Below are positions 60,487 through 64,000 of a stretch of DNA of 64,000 bases, piece after piece. The position numbers and the translations under genes are program-made. Source of the DNA: an uncultured bacterium (GTDB taxonomy: Bacteria; Desulfobacterota_D; UBA1144; Nemesobacterales; UBA2774). Within the stretch, counting starts at the first letter, position 1. Each line of letters begins with the position of its first letter. Location: contig CAVPJU010000010.1 of assembly GCA_963705505.1 (NCBI GenBank), positions 28,488-92,487 of the forward strand. Reading direction: 5' to 3'. A model generated the notes under the pieces. That model was not told the origin of the DNA, made no database searches, and saw nothing but the letters and a program-made list of their open reading frames with translations.

Positions 60487-60927
60487 ATGAAGATTGAGAA
60501 AATATTGTTTCCGACGGATTTCTCCGCCAGGTCGCTCAGCGCGAGGGAGCACGCGCTTTACCTCGCCCGGGCCCTCGACTCGTCCGTTTATCTGCTTCAC
60601 GCGATAGAGCCTCTGAAATACGAGGAGGTGGACGACGAGATCAGGGAATTTTATAAGACGCTCGAGACCCAGCTCGGTGAAAAAATGGAACGGGAAAAAG
60701 AGGTCTTTGAAAAAAGGGGTCTAAGGGTGGATACGGACATAGTTATCGGTCAGAGGTGGAGGGTAATAGACACATATGCCAAAGAGAAGGGAATCGACCT
60801 GATAATCATGGGGTCGCACGGCATCAGGACCGAGACGGGGGAGGTTTCCGTGGGCACGACTAGCCACAAGGTCATGTTCTCGTCCCCATGCCCCGTTCTG
60901 ATAGTGAGGCACGACGAAGCCCGTTAG
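60487..60927 (+). CDS. universal stress protein (UspA family)
   Basis: 146 aa: ILFPTDFS..., ...DLIIMGSHG..., ...S.VLIV. Confidence 0.8.
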   Translation: MKIEKILFPTDFSARSLSAREHALYLARALDSSVYLLHAIEPLKYEEVDDEIREFYKTLETQLGEKMEREKEVFEKRGLRVDTDIVIGQRWRVIDTYAKEKGIDLIIMGSHGIRTETGEVSVGTTSHKVMFSSPCPVLIVRHDEAR

Positions 60928-60991
60928 TAATATTCTTAATGAGATTTTTACAAAACTGATATAAAATTAGGGCATATTATTACAGGAGGAG

Positions 60992-61810
60992 ATGCTTGAT
61001 ATGACGAGATTCCTGCCGGATTTGAAGCGGTTTGTCCTTTTAATCGCTGTCGTTGCGGCACCATTTCTATTATCGTCCGGGCCGGGCTTAAACGCGTACG
61101 CTCAGGACGGCGGTACTCAGGCCGCGCCTATAAAACCCGTGATAGACCCGGTCGCAGACAAGCTGCTGAAGTCTATGGGGGCTACGCTCTCTTCCGCCAA
61201 GGCTTTCACTTTCAGGGCCGATATAAACTTCGACCAGCTCCTTGTTTCCGGGCAGCAGATTCAATACGGAGGGACGGCGAACCTGACGGTCGAGAGGCCC
61301 AACAAGGTTTATGTTGAGTTCACGGGGGACCTGGACGGAAAAAGAATATGGTATACGGGTAAGGACGTTACAGTGCTCGACGTGAATAAGAATTTTTACG
61401 GCAAGCTGGCCGTACCCGCAACTATTGATGAAGCCATGGATAACCTTATGGATCAATACGGGTTCACCCTCCCGCTTTCCGACGTAATGGTGAGCGACCC
61501 GTATAAGGCGTTTATCAGAAACGTCGCCGCGGGCGTAGTCATCGGGGACAGCATGATAAACGGTCAGCAGTGCAAGCACCTGGCTTTCGTCGAGAAGTAT
61601 ATAGATTGGCAGATATGGATTTCAGACGGGGCGCAGGCGCTTCCCTGCAAGCTGGTCATAACGTACAAGACCATACCGGGCGGGCCTCAATATTCGGCGG
61701 TATTTTCCAACTGGGCGATCAACCCGGCTATAAACGCGTCGGTATTCACGCCTGTGCTGCCTGAAGGGGCAGAACGGATAGAGTTTATAAAAATGGGTAA
61801 TCAACAATAA
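60992..61810 (+). CDS. periplasmic DUF2092-like (LolA-like fold) protein
   Basis: Signal peptide, 272 aa. Family assignment is tentative. Confidence 0.45.
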   Translation: MLDMTRFLPDLKRFVLLIAVVAAPFLLSSGPGLNAYAQDGGTQAAPIKPVIDPVADKLLKSMGATLSSAKAFTFRADINFDQLLVSGQQIQYGGTANLTVERPNKVYVEFTGDLDGKRIWYTGKDVTVLDVNKNFYGKLAVPATIDEAMDNLMDQYGFTLPLSDVMVSDPYKAFIRNVAAGVVIGDSMINGQQCKHLAFVEKYIDWQIWISDGAQALPCKLVITYKTIPGGPQYSAVFSNWAINPAINASVFTPVLPEGAERIEFIKMGNQQ

Positions 61811-61823
61811 TCCGGGGGCTGAT

Positions 61824-62921
61824 ATGAGAAACCTGAGACAAATGATAAATAGAACGACTATAGCTGCTGCCGTATTCGCGTTCGCAGCATCGGGGGTATT
61901 AATGACGGGAGACGCCTATTCCCGGGGCGGGTTCGGAGGAGGAGGGTTCGGAGGCGGTTACAGGGGCGCGGATTTCGGCTCAGGAATGGGCGACAGGGGC
62001 TTCGGAAACGTCAGGTATTCGGGGAACAGCATGGGTGACATGTCCGGCTACAAGGGCTTTCAGGGGGATAATTTCGGAAGCAAACAGTCCTTCCAGAACT
62101 CCGATTTCAGTCAGGACAAGAGCGACTTCGGCGGGGATCAGGACTCATTCTCGGGCCGCCAGTCCGAGTCCCAGGACAATACGGGCATGACCCAACGCCA
62201 GGCCACGAGCCAGAACCGCGCCATAGAATCCGATAACGGGCAGAATACCAGCAAAACGACCAACGGCACGACGACTAACGGCAAGACCAACAGCAGCACG
62301 AACAGCAACAGCACGAACAAAAATAACACCAACAACACCAATAACAGCAACAATTCCAACAACAAGAATAACAACAACAATAACAACAATAATAATAATA
62401 ATAACACCTACAACACCTACAACAATTACAACAACTACAATCACTATTGGGGCGGATACTGGGGCTCATGGGGCGGTTATTACGGCGGGTGGGCTTTCGC
62501 GGGCGGCCTGGCCATGGGAGCCGCAATAGCGAGTATCCCGGCAAGCTCCTCCACTGTCTATGTATCGGGAAATCCGTTCTATTATTCGGACGGCGTGTAC
62601 TACGCTCCTCAGGGCAGCCAGTACATAGTCGTTCCGCCTCCGCCGGGCGCAGTCGTCGATACGCTCCCACCGTCATGCGACACCGTATATGCAGGTGATG
62701 ATTCGTATTTTGACTGCGGGGGCGCGTTCTATTCGTCTGCGGACGCGGGGTTTCAGGTCGTACAGCCCCCTGTGGGCGCGACAGTGGACTCTCTCCCCCA
62801 GGGAGCGCAGCGGAAAACAATAAACGGGACGACTTACTATCTCTTCGGCGCCGCGTATTACCAGCCGTTTTACAGCGGGAGCAGCGTGATATACCAGGTA
62901 GTCCCCGATCCGACTGCTTAA
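61824..62921 (+). CDS. secreted Gly-rich / poly-Asn low-complexity protein with C-terminal duplicated Pro/Cys motif
   Basis: Signal peptide; GGFGGGGFGGGY...; ~50-residue N/T/K run encoded by an (AAC/AAT)n tract; YWGGYWGSWGGYYGGW; two copies of VVPPPPGAVVDTLP... / VVQPPVGATVDSLP.... Confidence 0.55.
   Translation: MRNLRQMINRTTIAAAVFAFAASGVLMTGDAYSRGGFGGGGFGGGYRGADFGSGMGDRGFGNVRYSGNSMGDMSGYKGFQGDNFGSKQSFQNSDFSQDKSDFGGDQDSFSGRQSESQDNTGMTQRQATSQNRAIESDNGQNTSKTTNGTTTNGKTNSSTNSNSTNKNNTNNTNNSNNSNNKNNNNNNNNNNNNNTYNTYNNYNNYNHYWGGYWGSWGGYYGGWAFAGGLAMGAAIASIPASSSTVYVSGNPFYYSDGVYYAPQGSQYIVVPPPPGAVVDTLPPSCDTVYAGDDSYFDCGGAFYSSADAGFQVVQPPVGATVDSLPQGAQRKTINGTTYYLFGAAYYQPFYSGSSVIYQVVPDPTA
62300..62450 (+). 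repeat. imperfect (AAC/AAT)n trinucleotide microsatellite inside the CDS
   Basis: aacaacaagaataacaacaacaataacaacaataataataataat... The coding frame gives poly-Asn. Confidence 0.8.
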
Positions 62922-62957
62922 GCGACCCGACAGGGGACTCATCAGGGCTTTACGGCT

Positions 62958-64000
62958 TCAGAGCCTTTTCAGGGACGTGTATAACTGTCCTGCAGCCAGA
63001 GGCAGCAGGCTCATGATTGCTATGAGCGTCCAGCCGCCGCGGCCGGGATCGACGACCCCCAGCACATTCGCGACTGGTTCTATATAGACCGCGGCCAGGA
63101 TTATCAGCGTGCAGAGAGCTATGGCTCCCCAAACGTATACGTTGCGTGTCACCTCGTTCTTCAACATCCCCGACCTGGCGCCGCGCATGTTGAATACGTG
63201 CAGGATCTGAGCGAAAGCCAGAGTGAGGAACGAGACCGAGACGGCCCTTTTGTCCCCGAATCCGAGTTTATACATAGCCAGGAGTAACGCACCGAGCACG
63301 GCTGCGGTGATGACCGTGCCGTAACCCGCTATACCGAGCCAGCTCCTCTGCGTTATGATGTGCTCTTTCGGGTCTCTCGGCGGGGAACGCATGACCCTTT
63401 CGTCACCTTCGCCCATCCCGAGGGCGAGCGCCGGGAATACGTCCGTCACGAGGTTAAGGAATAGTATCTGGAGGGGCATGAGCGGAAGGGGGATATGGAC
63501 GAAGGAAGCGATAGTCACGACCATGATTTCGCTCACGTTGCATGAAAGGAGGTAGAATATGAACTTCCTTATGTTCCCGAATATAATCCTTCCCTGCTCC
63601 ACGGCGTGGACTATGGTCGAAAAAGAGTCGTCCTTGAGAACTATATCGGCTGCCTCCTTAGCCACCTGAGTCCCCCGCTTCCCCATCGCGATGCCTATGT
63701 CCGCCTGCTTGAGCGCCGGAGCGTCGTTAACGCCGTCCCCGGTCATCGCGACTACGAACCCCTCTTCCTGATAGAATTTAACGAGCGCGAGCTTCTGCTC
63801 CGGGCTTACGCGCGCTAATATCAGCGACTCGGCTACGCTTATTTTAAATTCCTCGGGCAGCTCTTCGATCGCTTTCAGGTCTTTACCGTGAATTACGGGT
63901 TCGTCTGCCCTGTCCGTCAGTCCGACCGCGAGAGCGATATTCCTTGCTGTCGAGGGGTGGTCGCCCGTTACCATTACGACCTTTATCCCGGCCTCTAGAC
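62958..64000 (-). CDS. P-type cation-transporting ATPase (type II, Ca/Mg-like), C-terminal ~345 aa; gene continues past the window end
   Basis: Hinge motif MTGDGVNDAPALKQADIGIAMG followed by C-terminal TM helices (M5-M10). Confidence 0.82.
   Translation of the reverse strand, partial: LEAGIKVVMVTGDHPSTARNIALAVGLTDRADEPVIHGKDLKAIEELPEEFKISVAESLILARVSPEQKLALVKFYQEEGFVVAMTGDGVNDAPALKQADIGIAMGKRGTQVAKEAADIVLKDDSFSTIVHAVEQGRIIFGNIRKFIFYLLSCNVSEIMVVTIASFVHIPLPLMPLQILFLNLVTDVFPALALGMGEGDERVMRSPPRDPKEHIITQRSWLGIAGYGTVITAAVLGALLLAMYKLGFGDKRAVSVSFLTLAFAQILHVFNMRGARSGMLKNEVTRNVYVWGAIALCTLIILAAVYIEPVANVLGVVDPGRGGWTLIAIMSLLPLAAGQLYTSLKRL

Noticed and set aside
62138-62444. Minus-strand ORFs encoding poly-Leu / poly-Ile/Val peptides
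   Set aside because: Reverse-complement reading of the (AAC)n microsatellite inside the Gly/Asn-rich gene. Not genes.
1-64000. CRISPR arrays, tRNA/rRNA genes, IS elements, integrases
   Set aside because: A scan found no CRISPR-like spaced direct repeats, no tRNA cloverleaf or TΨC signatures (GGTTCGAATCC-like), no rRNA, and no transposase or integrase-like ORFs. The only notable repeats are the 30-bp direct pair and the AAC microsatellite.

Overview
This 64 kb window is a gene-dense bacterial chromosomal segment of roughly 58-60 % GC. Codons are rich in AGG/AGA for arginine and ATA for isoleucine. I found no rRNA, tRNA, CRISPR array, transposase or integrase. Recognisable content, left to right: a 5'-truncated DUF2252 gene; a bile-acid:sodium-symporter-family transporter; a secreted protein built from four tandem sCache_2 domains; a glycogen-to-acetyl-phosphate block (phosphoketolase, alpha-glucan phosphorylase, phosphoglucomutase) bounded by a 30-bp direct repeat that duplicates the first 7 codons of the next gene; a radical-SAM / LLM flavin-oxidoreductase pair; an ABC_ATPase (COG3044) gene; a housekeeping stretch (xseB-ispA-tlyA, tal, rpsT, holA, lipB, ndk); a large J-domain/LysM/NTF2-like membrane protein; an operon of a SxtJ-like protein, an O-carbamoyltransferase and a DUF5989 (SxtK-like) protein, placed next to gmd, cysC and a UDP-glucuronate decarboxylase; proA, a sigma-70 factor, recN, rfbC and pdaD; a System-I cytochrome c maturation operon (ccmABC, two inserted membrane genes, ccmE with Cys in place of the heme-binding His, ccmF, then two unusual genes); rsmE, cobA/hemD, Fe-S assembly genes (sufU-like, sufS); a Sec-type (clade II-like) nitrous-oxide reductase cluster (cytochrome c, nosZ, nosB-like, nosDFYL); tetR, CBS and usp genes; a secreted Gly/Asn-rich low-complexity protein; and a 3'-partial P-type ATPase. 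Three secreted-protein genes, nosZ among them, have their signal peptide in a different frame from the mature domain, each at a mononucleotide run. That pattern points to homopolymer sequencing errors or real pseudogenisation. The most system-like novel candidates are the SxtJ/carbamoyltransferase/SxtK triad with its nucleotide-sugar and PAPS genes, the atypically organised ccm operon, and the repeat-bounded glycogen/phosphoketolase module.
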